A stretch of DNA of 64,000 nt. It comes from Podarcis vaucheri. Taxonomy: Eukaryota. Numbering within the stretch: the stretch's first letter is position 1; every line of letters starts with the position of its first letter. This document shows positions 36,116-48,500 of the stretch, one piece after another. The position numbers and the translations under genes are program-made. The DNA lies in NCBI GenBank assembly GCA_965113315.1, contig OZ220368.1; one strand, 5' to 3'. A model generated the notes under the pieces. The model was not told where the DNA came from. It did not search any database and worked only from the letters and a program-made list of their open reading frames with translations.

Positions 36116-37240
36116 CATTAAAATGAATATATTGGCTAGGATGCTGTTTTTATTCCAATCAATCCCAATTGTAAACAATTTAAGCTACTTCAAAGAATGG
36201 AAAAATATATCTCTAAATATATCTGGCGGGGGGAAAGCCAAGAATTAAACATAAAATTATGATAGATACAAAAGAAAGAGGAGGCTTTGCTCTGCCAGAT
36301 TTGAAAATGTATTATGAGGCAGCTTGTTTGTGTTGGTTAAAAGAATGGATTATATTGGACAATGCAGACATCTTAGATCAGGGGTCAGCAAACTTTTTCA
36401 GCAGGGGGCTGGTCCACTGTCCTTCGGACCTTGTGGGGGGCCAGACTATATTTTTTTTTGGGGGGGGAGAATGAATTCCTATGCCCCACAAAGAACCCAG
36501 AGATGCATTTTAAATAAAAGCACACATTCTACTCATGTAAAAACACCAGGCAGGCCCCACAAATAACCCAGAGATGCATATTAAATAAAAGGACACCTAA
36601 TCATGTAAAAACACACTGATTCCCGGACCGTCTGTGGGCTGGATTTAGAAGGTGATTGGGCTGGATCCGACCCCTGGGCCTTAGTTTTCCTACCCATGTC
36701 TTAGATCTAGGCTTAACATTCGACTGGCATGCGTGTCTCTGGTATGGGAAGGCTAAAACCTACAACAGTTTTATGAAGCACATCCTTAGGAAGAATCTGT
36801 ATAGAATCTGGGAGAAATATAAAAATCTGCTGGAAAGAAAAACACCTTTATGACTATCTCCCATTGAGGCAATTACAATTAAGAGAGTTGATATGGACAG
36901 ACAATGGGTGACTTACAGGGAACTGGTGAATTTTACAGCGGGGGGACGACCCAAACTAAATTCAATGGGAAACTTTAGAAGCCAAGTTACGGTTTGGTTG
37001 CAGTATCACCAGATATACAACATGTTTAAATTAGAAAGAATGGATTTCTGGACCAAAGCTCACAATCTGAAAAAACAACTCTTAGAAAATAAGGAGAAAC
37101 TTCTGTCTAAAATGTATTTTTTTTTTATTAGAATGGGAAACAAAAGACGAGCTTGTTAAAGCTTCAATTACACACTGGGCAATAGATATTGGACACAATA
37201 TAGATCATAACCTCTGGGAGAAACTTTGGAAAAGCATATT
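36116..37240 (+). mobile_element. Degenerate L1-clade LINE ORF2 fragment, interrupted by a MITE
   Basis: [43 protein letters not shown] and WHACLWYGK...RIWEKYKNLLERKTPL across frameshifts are post-RT motifs of non-mammalian L1. Confidence 0.85.
36379..36698. mobile_element. hAT MITE nested in L1 fragment
   Basis: CAGGGGTCAGCAAAC start; perfect TSD tcttagat at 36371-36378 and 36699-36706; homologous to 496..748. Confidence 0.92.
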
Positions 37241-37469
37241 TTTGTGGCACGAGTGCTGGAGGGTGGAGGGTAGGAAGGCAAAGTCCCATCGTGTGAGCAG
37301 CAGTCTAATTGTGCAAGCCAAATTTTGCCCATAGAAACTTTACAGAAAGCTGAAGGGCAAAAGACTGAGAAAATCAGGATGGATTCAGGCACGTGCCATC
37401 ATTGCCGATAGAACAGAGAGCATTAAGTACCGAGAGTGTGCATTAATCACTCCTTTGTTTTGACTGTAG

Positions 37470-37523
37470 GCCCTGGAGGTCCTGACTTCATCCATAGAGT
37501 ATGGGCTGGATGACCTCAGAAAG
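37470..37523 (+). CDS. BTBD19: BTBD19 exon 3
   Basis: ctgtag|GCC ... AAG|gtaagc; ALEVLTSSIEYGLDDLRK; 54 bp. Confidence 0.93.
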
Positions 37524-38218
37524 GTAAGCACTATGCTTTGTGTCACTTAAGTTGATTCTCCACGAGATGTATTTGTAATGTAATTACTTCTCCTTGCATA
37601 TTACAGGGTGAGGGATGTAGGAGTTTTTGCTCAATGACACAGCCTCTGGGATGCAGCAGGGCATGTTATTGGCTGCTTTAAAATAGCCTGCTGGTAATTG
37701 AACCCAGATTCCCCTAATCTTTATCAGTGGATCCCACGCAGATGTGCCTTCCATTGTGTGCTCTCTTTCACAATGAAAGCAGAATCCCACAACTGTGGGT
37801 GCTAGAAGGCCAGATCCATACAGTGTCCTCTGTCTGTATCCAAACATGGCAATGTTAAACTTTGGACTACCCCACACCAATCTGCTTTTCGGATGCATTA
37901 CTTCACTTCAAAATGTGGTGAGCAGCCCATATTTGGAGATCCTTCCTGACCATTCTGTTGAGCAAGGGCTCTGGACTCTGTCCCCAAATCCTCTTCTGAT
38001 GACGCCACTGATATTAATTCAGGGAAGTATTTAACCTTTCTAGTGTCTTCCTGTCTATGGTGGTGGTGGTGGTGGGAGGTAAATCATTGATAGTTTTGTA
38101 AACGAAAGATGGAAAGAAAAATGCTTGCTATGGACATTTACTACTAAGCTGATATGACTGAATTGGAATCCCTGTCCCTTCAACTCCTACAGTTTAGTGG
38201 GCAGAAATGTTGGACTCA

Positions 38219-38464
38219 GAAGAAGAGTTTGGATTTGATATCCCGCCTTTCACTCCCTTTAAGGAGTCTCAAAGCGGCTAACATTCTCCTTTCCCTTCCT
38301 CCCCCACAACAAACACTCTGTGAGGTGAGTGGGGCTGAGAGACTTCAAAGAAACGTGACTGGCCCAAGGTCACCCAGCAGCTGCATGTGGAGGAGCGGAG
38401 ACGCGAACCCGATTCCCCAGATTGCAAGACTACCGCTCTCAACCACTACACCACACTGGCTCTC
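38219..38464 (-). mobile_element. CORE-type squamate SINE (Squam3/MIR-like)
   Basis: Minus strand begins GAGAGCCAGTGTGGTGTAGTGGTTGAGAG; CORE segment gggtgaccttgggccagtcac; (TTC)n tail. Confidence 0.85.
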
Positions 38465-41400
38465 GATGACTGACCTTACGTTGGGCCTACCTTAGATGTT
38501 TATTTTCCACTAGCTAGTGCCTTCTAGCAGCCGCCTACAGAAACTCAAGCATCTGTGTTACATTACATCTTGATTTCACTGTTGTGGTTGGGCGGGGGGA
38601 GGCAGGAAACCTTTCTTCTTGGTTCTTTCTCACTTGTTTCAGAGGAACCTTAGCTAGAGTAATTGTGAGGGGAATAGAGGTAGGGAAGCCCCATGACAAA
38701 GCTTGCAAAACAGAAACTCTCTGCTTTTAGGAACAAAGAACTTGCCTTATCTTTAAATTACAGGAGACATGGAAGCAGAATGCACTGGCAGTGTTCAGGT
38801 TCACACCAGCCATGAAAGAAAATACACCGCGCCAGTACTGTCAGCAAAGCAGCCTTACATTGGCAGATTCCTGCTAGCCCAGGAGCTGCCAAACACTGTC
38901 AAACTCTGTTCTAATGACTCCAGTAAAATTCGCCTTAATCAGGAAAATCTAATCTGGACGGCTCCTGATTCTGACTGGACTTTGTGTCCATTTTGGAGAA
39001 CTTCCAGGTCCCCTCCAGTTGTCCTGCTTGGGAGCATCTTCCTGCCAAACTGATAACTAGATTTTCCTATTGCTGATTCAGGGTGATTTCATGTGTTTAA
39101 ACAAGTCTTCATAATGGTGCATCTGGACAGTGGAGGCCAGTTCATCAGGGCAAATATGCCATTCCCCCAGCAATCTCTACTTGCCCTTAGACAGCCCTCA
39201 AATGCCTGCCTTCTTAATTACATCCACTCCAGGGGGTTGCCTTGGCTATGGGCTTCCTCAGTTTTTGCTTTACAGAACTCAGCAGGGAATAAGATTGGAA
39301 CAGAAACAGAATTAGTTGGCTCTTCCTGCCATTGGCTCTGGCTCCATCTACTGATGGCCTCCCTGTCTTCCATTCTACTAGTCCCAGTGGGCATAGCCAC
39401 CACTGCAGCTCAGCTGGTATTTTTTGTATGCAAACTGTTACTGGTTTTTGCTGAAGAATGAGATATGGGCCCATTGCACTGCTTGACCCTGCCAACTTTT
39501 TGATCCACGTTCTATGTCCCGTCCCCCCCCCCCCCGTTGTAAAGCCTGGAATTTGTTAAAGACCTACCCCATCTTGGCCTTGGTTCCTTCTACATCTGCA
39601 TCACATCAGGATGTGGATGCCAGTGCGGTCCCTGACTGGTGGACTGTGGTGTTGTTTCCAGGGATGCTGATAGCATGTGCATCAATTGGGTCTTTTCTGG
39701 CTCTGAGTTTTTCCCTTTCCTCCCTGTCTGAGCACACAATGGATACAACGGCTGTTCGACTGGCATTGCAGCCATGTGTCCCCAGTCCCGGCATAATGTG
39801 AGTTTAGGATTGCTTTGTGATAGTAACTTTTTAAATAATTAAACAAAAGCACTCAAAGCAAGCTGACATTGTGCACACCACTGTTGGCACTGCTTACACT
39901 GAAACTTGGGACTCCAGGGTCATGACACTCCCCAGCTGTGCAGGATGCTGAGTCAGAGGCTATAGGGTCACCTGCTGGGAGCCAGACCAGGTGGGTGCTG
40001 CTCCTGGGCCCAAGGAACTGAGTGCCTCCTATGCTCCCTCGCCAGTTCATTGGTGCAGGGTGTGCATGAGGTACTATGGGGTGCAGGAGAAGTGTGTTTC
40101 TTCAGGCGAGACGGCAACTCCTTAAAGAGACCCTAGTTCTCCTAAAGGGGGCAGAGCTTAGAAGAGGTGGATAGGAAGCCGAGGTTCAACATGCCCCCAG
40201 TTCTTCCAATCCTTGTTGGAGCAAGTTACTCACTAGGCGCTCTCTTTGCTGCCTTGTCCTGTGGGTGCATTTGCAGGGCAGGGAGTTAGAGGGGACACTG
40301 TTCGGGATGTCTAAAGTATATAGAACAATTTGAATCATAATGGAGGAGGCATCTTTTATGACATTCTCTGCCATCACAATCCATTTGTATATTTGTTATC
40401 ATTGGATATGTATATAGATGGAGGAAGAAAATATGGTGCGTAATGAAACAAGAACATTTATTAATGAAGGCATGAATGCAGCTAACAATTAATAATTTGG
40501 CCTGCAGTGTTAACATTCCTCTGTTAGGCAGTTTTTTAAATGTGTGTATGTGACTCTGAGGGTTTTAGTAGTTGTGTTCTGGGAAAGGCATGTTTCACCA
40601 AATTTGTAGCAGCATGGGACTGTCTAGAATCCGTCCCTATCCTGACTGCCTTCCCAGAGAAGACTTAGCAGCAAAGACTCATAAAACGATGAGAAAGTAA
40701 GCAGAGCTTGAGGAGAGCTAGGTTCTTGGTGTGGGTGATTTTACTGGTGGTGACATTCTTTGGGTTAGAAAGAGGATCTAAGGAATGGGTGGGGGAAAGT
40801 AAACACAGGACAAGTGAGAGCTAGCCAGGAACATAAATTTTCCCAGCTGCTTTCAGATGACTTGAAAGCACGGGACACTGAGTTCACAGGGGAATTTAAT
40901 GACTTGCCTCTTCCCTGCTAGGTCAGGAATCCAGGAATAGCTCTTATGTGACTATTAGGAGTTTCCCATCTGTTACAAGGATCTGAGGCTGTAAGGGAAT
41001 AGCAGGGAACTCCATTCTTGTGACTGCACACATGCAGCGCAGGGTATCTCACGGAAGGCAACTGAAAAGGAATCGGTATCATTGTCTTAGCACTTAAGGG
41101 GAAATTCTAAGAGACTAAACAGAAGAGAAAGTGTTAGAAAATGACTGTGAATGGATGGTCATGATGGATTTCATTTGAGGTTTTCTCACAGTAGAGAGGT
41201 AGTTATGTAGATATAAAAAGGAAGTGTGAGGAGAGCAAGAAGACTAATGGGAACAATTAATGGTGGGGAAGTAAAACCATAATGAATGAATTATGATAAC
41301 CTGAAGAAAAATAGTGATTAGCAAAGGTCAGTTGTGTTCACACTCCCATTTACTGTGCCCTCACTGCATTTCTGACCCTGGATTTTTAATCTGTGTTCAC

Positions 41401-42359
41401 ACAACACTATCCAAAATGCATATGTATCCTGTACTTATAAAATACTAGTTTGATGTGTTGTTCCTCAAACCACCTTAACACAGACTGGAGCCCTTAAACT
41501 GTTCCTAATTCTTCTCTAGGAAAAGAGTAAAGACGCTCCCTCCCCATCAACACCCCCTGGTGGAACACAAACAGAAATGAATCTGACATTAATGAAGTCA
41601 TGCTGATGTGAACAGCTAGCAGAGTTGGTGGGGGGTGGGAAGAGCAATGAAATGCACTAGGGAAAAACAACAACTTCAGTGCATTCTGAGGTGGTAATGT
41701 GAACCCAGCCTTTGCTTTGGGTTCCTTGATCTATCTGGCAGACCTTAATTCTAGGAAGAATATGACAAATGGTGGATCTATATGGTGGTTTTTTGTGCCT
41801 TTTCAGTTGACAGCCTCTTGTGGTCTTTGTGTGTGTACCTTACACATCCCACAATATATTACTTTGGATTTACCCTACTTCACCAATTATTGCATAAATC
41901 CACCCTTCTCTTTTTTCATCCCAGATAGGAGCCAACATACACCAGATTTAGGCTTTCTTCCTGATTTGAGGTTATCTGCTGTTCAGCCAGTTACACGCTG
42001 ACTCTCTACTGTTTGCCTTCAGAGTTATTTAAACAAGGCTTGAAATATTTGCATAGTCTGTTAAATTCCATTACGAGGGGAGGTGGAAAGGTCTTCTCTC
42101 TCTACCTTTATCCTTTGTCACGTTTCAGAAGTTCAGAGCGTTTGTAAATTCATCCATATGCAAAAAGGTTCTAGTCAGAGATACTGGCAGGGCAGTATGT
42201 GATTGCCAGAATGTAAACGGACAGATCAGGAATAGAATAATTCCCCTTAACCATCTATTAGCAAAATATGTTAGCAACAGCAGCACTGCAGAACTGTTTG
42301 GAGAGGAAGCGTGAAGCAAATGTGGGGGACTTGCTGCAGAATGGGAAAGTAAAAATAAA

Positions 42360-42715
42360 ATACTTTTATTGGTCTAAATTAAATAATTATATCCTTCATC
42401 CAAGGATCACAGGGCAGTTTTCAATATAAAGACACAAAAATAGCATAATAAACCAAACAATACCCCCCCCCCAGTTTAAAAGGCCATAGATTGTTTAATT
42501 AGCCAAAGATATGTAATAATATTCATGAAGGCAAAAGGTGAGCCTCCCGGGGGAGAGAATTCCACACACGGGAAACAGTTGCAGAAAAGGCCTGTTCTTC
42601 TGTTGCCATCATCTGGACCTCTTGTGGAGTAGGCACAGGAAGAAGTGCCTCAGATGATGATCACAGGGTCTGAGTTGGTTCATATAGGGAGAGGCAGTCC
42701 TTGGGTTATTGCGGT
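42360..42715 (-). mobile_element. L2 LINE 3' fragment
   Basis: ggggagagaattccacacacggg...gcagaaaaggccc-like and gggagaggcagtcctt motifs shared with the 15.9-16.1 kb L2; boundaries approximate. Confidence 0.65.
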
Positions 42716-45377
42716 AAATAGAAAATAGAAAACAACAATAAAGTAATCAAAGCTGAAAACTAAATACAGATCCAATTACAACCCACTCTTCCATAACTTA
42801 GCTGGCAAAATGACTTGCCAACCCATTTTGAGGCATGTCCTCATTTTTCTAGGATCCAGCTGGAAGGGAAGCTGCAAACCCCTTGGGTACCAAACCTAAT
42901 ATCACCCTGGCGTGGTTGCCCCCACAACTTTGATAGGAATTTGACAGGAAGGGGATTGTATGCCATTTGCTTTCCACACTGCTGTTTGCCACATTTGTAT
43001 TCTGCTCCTCCAGAGATCTCAGAGCAGGTAACACATGGTTCCAGGCCATCCTGGCTGCACTCAGCTAGTTAGATTCAGCAATAGAGCTGGGTTAGGTACC
43101 TGTGCAGTATGGAACTGAATTACATGGAGAAACACAGGGTGCTTACGGACTGTCACTATTTTGGGGTGGGCTTTAATCACATACTGGCAAATTGAGGTTG
43201 CACCATTGAAGTTAATTTGGAACTGCTGCACAAAACCAGACCTTTTGCGGTAAGAAAAAGTGATGGGGAAATGCACTGGAAAATGTGAGATAAAATTTGC
43301 TTGACACAATGCCGTCTAATCTCCCTGCAAACAAATTGGAATGAAAACTCAATAAAACGGCATCTGGAAGCAACCTTGGACTCTCCTTGTCTTCAGGGAA
43401 GCGGCAGAGAGAGACATCTGGGAAGAGGCTTGGGTTCTTCTTGCCTGTGATTTTAACACCACGTTTCATTCTGATTATCATTTACAACCTGTCCTGCTGG
43501 GAACTCATGAGAACGCAGACAGCTTCCATTCCCGGACACATCTGATGTTCTTAGGGACATGTGAGCATGCCTTTGAGAGTGGGGCAGGGTTGTTAACAGC
43601 TTCTGATGTGACAAACAGGGAATGAGAGAAACCCCTGCCAGGAGATCAGGCCCTTGTAAATGTTTATACAAGCAGATTATTTGTAGGACCTTTCCACACT
43701 GCCCTGCATAGGACTTTTGGCATCCCTGCCAATCTTTGAGCTTTACACGTTCACGGGGCCTTGAGAAATACAAGTGCTTCGTAACTTGAACCTTTGCGTA
43801 TGCTGTTTTGACAGTAGCTTGACATTAGTGAAATATACTTTCTGTTATTTAAATATGTTCAAATCCGTGTCTTGGCAACGGCCTTCAAAACCCTTTGGTG
43901 CTCACCTGACATTTTCAATCTTTTCTGCATAATGATAAGGGCCAAAAATTGAGATGTGTGTGTGTGTTTTTAAGGGGGTCTGCAATTCCTTTGGTTCAGC
44001 ATAAATCAGGAGACTGGTGTTATCCTGTTGCCACTTTCCAGATGGAATTAACACATGCAGCCACACTACCTATAGAGCTCTACTCATGCCCAGTTTCAAT
44101 GCATTCTGGAAAAATCAAAAATAACCTCCAGAAGTGTAGCCAGCAGTGCTACAGTGAATATGTGCACATTTGGCAGTTATATCACAGTCTCCCACACTTG
44201 CTGAGTTCTTTTACAGCTGTTTTAGAAAAATCAAAATCATTAAAATATGAATGCTTATGTACCTCCGTATAAGTGTGCACACAGCATTTTAAAGAAGGGG
44301 AAAAAATGCAAGTCTCTCCCTTTCAGACTTGCCCCTCAGATTGAGAGCACTTTCTATTTAGGAGTGAAATTAATTGGGTCAGCAGCTGCTGGCAAACTCA
44401 GTGGTATAGTGGTAAAGTCAGAAGTGCGGGTGCTCTTCAGGACAACCCCCACAGCTGCACCCCACAGCCATACCCCTTCTGAGACTGCGGAACAAAAATG
44501 AATTTTTGATCAATGCAGATGTTATGGCTTTAATACCAAAAGAGCCTTCCCCTCCTCCCCCAGTTTATTTAACATCCAGTCTGATGAAGAGGCTCAGCAC
44601 AAATGGCAGGTGTTTTGGCCCACTTGGACAGATAAACTAGCTGGCTCAGTACATTTATAGAACTATTCAAGCAGCTCTCTCCTACTTGCCACTCCATAGG
44701 CATGTCAAGACCTGTTGCTGCATTCCTTGTTCTGCACTGCTAGGGAAGGCAAGGATTCTGTAAAGGCCACCCAGGTGGGGACATGCTGCCCTGTTAGGTT
44801 GAAGAGCTGGGGGTCACAATGCTCCACTAGGTACTGTAACCCACAACAGAAGAGAACAATTGATCATAGATACAGGAAAATGCACTGCCATGCCCCTCTC
44901 CTTATCTGTTTTAGAGACACTTCATAACAAGTCTCACAATAGTCAGATTAGGGTAACGTTCAGTTTATTTTCTGGAAAGAAAGTGAAACAACAAAAGCCA
45001 GCAAAAGTTAGCAGATAGCGCTTTGGTAGATGCCAGCTTTTTAATGCTATTGGATTTCACTTCCCTCCTATACCTGGGATAATAGAACCCCAGAGTCTGG
45101 GTCCTTCTGGTCCCCTTGACCTAAGCCACAAAGCCTATGGTTCTCACATGAAGTCCTTGTTCCCAAGCCCCTTGTTCAAGCAATGCAAAACACACACACA
45201 CACGCACACACACGGAATCCTCACTCCTATCTTATTCCAGCAAGCTAAACAGCATTTATCTGTGACACAGCTCATAGCACACTAAGGTTTCACTCTAAAT
45301 GTATCAGGTGCCCAGGGCATTCTGAATTCTAATCAGCAAATGAAATGAGCAAGGGAAAACTGAACCCTACAGCCAAA

Positions 45378-45512
45378 GTATATATCCCACCTTTCTTTCA
45401 CAGTGGAACTCAAGCAGCATGTATAGATTGTCAGGAGGTCTCCCAGCTAGACGCTAACCACGCCCAGACCTGCTTAGCATCAGTTAGATTCCTAAATCAT
45501 GTTCCTTCAGAT
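45378..45512 (-). mobile_element. 5S rRNA-derived short SINE with L2-like tail
   Basis: Minus strand gctaagcaggtctgggcgtggttagcgtctagctgggagacctcct matches the 5S internal control region. Confidence 0.6.
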
Positions 45513-48500
45513 CAAAGCTCTAGGTGAGACACCCTAGCAGAAAGGCATTGTGTATTATTCACTTGTACCTATATTACATGGTTCTGGTTTACACTGCTTA
45601 TGTTGCTTACAGAAATACATAGGGTTTTCTGCATTGGCAGGGGGTGGACTAGGTGACCATTGAGGCACCAAATCTATGACTTTTTTTATTTGGATTTGGT
45701 CATTTGCAGAGGTGTACCTAGGCTCCCTTGCGCCCTTGGCAAGGAGATGTATCAGCAAGGAGAGGTGCAATTTTTGTGCCTTACTGGGCCTGCAGCCTTG
45801 GTGGGGGCCAACTTAGCCAACCTCTAGGTAGGCCTTTGGCTATTTGCCTCTTCCAGGCCTCTGCGTGTATTGTGTGTGGATGGGGAACTTGTGGAGATGT
45901 TGTAGGATTAGTGCTCCCATCTTCACTGGCCTTGCTGACCAGGGTGGATGGAAAGTAGAGTCCAGCAACATCTGGAGGGCCACAAGTTCTTCAAATGGCC
46001 TGCCCCTAGGAATGCATTATTCACCCTTGTTTTGCCTTTTAAAAAACCCTCTTGGAAGAATTACACCAGTGCACACCCTAATGAGCAATGAATGTGTATG
46101 CTTATAAAGAAACAGTTTAAAAGAAACATGTGTTATTTCCCATCATGGAAATTATGGAGCCCATCTGCCCAAATGAGCACAGCAGAATCTGCACAATTGT
46201 GCAAAACAATAATCAAGGAAATTCCCTGCAAGCCTTACCTTTTGAACTGGGAGAAATACTGAAAGAGTTGGGGCAGGGGAGTGGGATGTAGCTAACAAAA
46301 ACATACTCAAGTCAAGAAATCACACCTGTGGCTTCAGACTTTTCTGGGATTTCTGCCCACAGTTTGGATAGTAGTGAATTAAAACATCAGTCCTTTGGTT
46401 CCGTTTCATGCACACACATACCATGTCTTCAGAATGCTGAGGCTGGTCCATACTATGTAAAAGGGGATGGCTCCCAAGATTAGCAGACCAGATGCCCCTG
46501 GGTTAAGTGTACCTTAAAGGTACCACAAAATGCACTGACTCATCAAATTAGATGTGGCACGGTCTGTCATCAGGATCCCTTCTTTCATTTTTTAAAGTAA
46601 AAGAAGCTGGTAGGCAGATGGGGATCAGGACCATGATGCTGGGGGCAAAGGGTTTAATTTTCCTCTCCCCTTGCTATTTTCCCAATTTAAATGCCACCCT
46701 TCCAAAGCTTCTCTTTGTGCCAAGGGATGGGGAGGGGGATATGCTGGCAGAAGGACTTAGGAACAGCTGATCTGTATTGCAAAGCCCAGACTAAAGCTAA
46801 AAATTGCCCTCACTTCAGCAGGGGATGCAGCTGATTGTTCTGAATCAAAGTTAGTCAGGGCGGAAAGAACAGAGATCCCCTTAATCCATCCAGCCATGAG
46901 CTGGAGCAAATCTTTGTTATGCTTTTCCCCAAGAAGAGGTCTTGGAAATACAACCCCTTGGCATGGCCCCATGGATCCAAGCTGCTCATTGTCTGTAGGT
47001 CAGCAGCTGCAGAGAGCTGGCTGGGGCCCATGTTCTCTGTGATGATTTAACAGTGCCCGCCCCCAGCTCCCAGGCCTTTGCTTTTAGTATAATAACTTCC
47101 CATTCCAGAGCCAGAATAGAGTGGTGATGGTGGTAGTAGAACACAGCCTGCTATTCCCAGAAGGTGCGTGGGGTTATCTGAGTGTTATTTTTAGGAAATA
47201 TCATCGGCATAACCAGCCTGCAGAAATAAAAGCTAAATAAACAAAGCCACATTCCTAAGCTACTAGGGTAAACCCATTAGAGTTCCTGCAACTGTTACAC
47301 TGAGGATATACAAGTAAGCCAGAGCAGTTGACCCCAAAGAGGCTCACATTTTTAGCTCTGTTTGTATTGTTCCAGTCTTTGCAAGTAATAAGTGTTCCCA
47401 GTGCTTAATTTGCATTCTGGTAATGGCAACATGTTCTATTTAATTTATTTTCAGCATATTTATGCTGCCGCATAATATAAAGTTCTCTGGGTGGATTACA
47501 ATAAATAAGAAAACACAACATGTTATATCCAGTGTTGAGTGTGTGGACTTCTCTTTGTGCAATGGACTTCTCTTCCCTTTCCGATTCTCCTTCTGCTGTC
47601 CCCAGATCTATTTTGGAGTTTCCCCTAGCCCTCTGGAGCAGATTTTTGGGGAGCATGAGAGGGTAGAGAGGAGAGGGAAGTTCCATTACATGGGTAAGAG
47701 TCTTTTCCACTTGTGGAAGGAAGATACAACCATATGTAAATATAAAGTAGACCACAAAATACAAAATTTACAAAAAAGCTCATAACAGGCACAAACTGAA
47801 AAACACAGATTGAAAAACTGAGAGTCCCAGACTACATAAATTGTCTGAAGGCTTGGATGAACAGAGCGGTCTTCATTTGTCACTGAAAACACCATAAAGG
47901 TGGTACCCAGACAAAACTGATGCTAAAGGTGGTATCCAGGTTCCATAACCTGATGCTATTACTGCGAAGGTCATCTCCTTGGTGGTTACTTGATAAGTGC
48001 AGACCATAGTCTCTGAAGGTAAAGTTAAGGTTCAGGTTATTAAATATGTTCCATTCATGTACATGTTTATTTGGCTGGAGATACCAGGTTTTATATAAGA
48101 AGAATTACTTGGTTGGGTATGAAATAAGGGGCCTGCATTATGTGTGTGGGATGGGTGTTGTATTTATTCATTTTCATATCTAAACTGTTTAACATGGTTG
48201 TTTTCAGATACAACTTGGTTCACATTGGAGCATATTACATGAAGCAATTACATAAAATTAAAATTTAAACAATAAACACTCAGATAAAAATTTCTGAGCA
48301 CATTAGCAAAGTTGTTTCAAAGTGTATGTACCAAAATTATTACAGATATGAAAAATCCCCTGATCTAGTTTCCAACTTTCTGTTTCTAACAGGGGTCAGC
48401 CAAATGTCTCTGGAAAATTTGTGTAGAGAACTGAACCACAACTGGACCATAGGGCAGTGGTTTTTCAGCTGTTCTGTGTTACCACATTGCCTTGGTAACA

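Noticed and set aside
36116-37240. Functional or domesticated reverse-transcriptase gene
   Set aside because: Multiple frameshifts and stops, a MITE insertion, and no RT core
45433-45489. 5S rRNA gene
   Set aside because: Only a diverged internal segment inside a SINE-like unit
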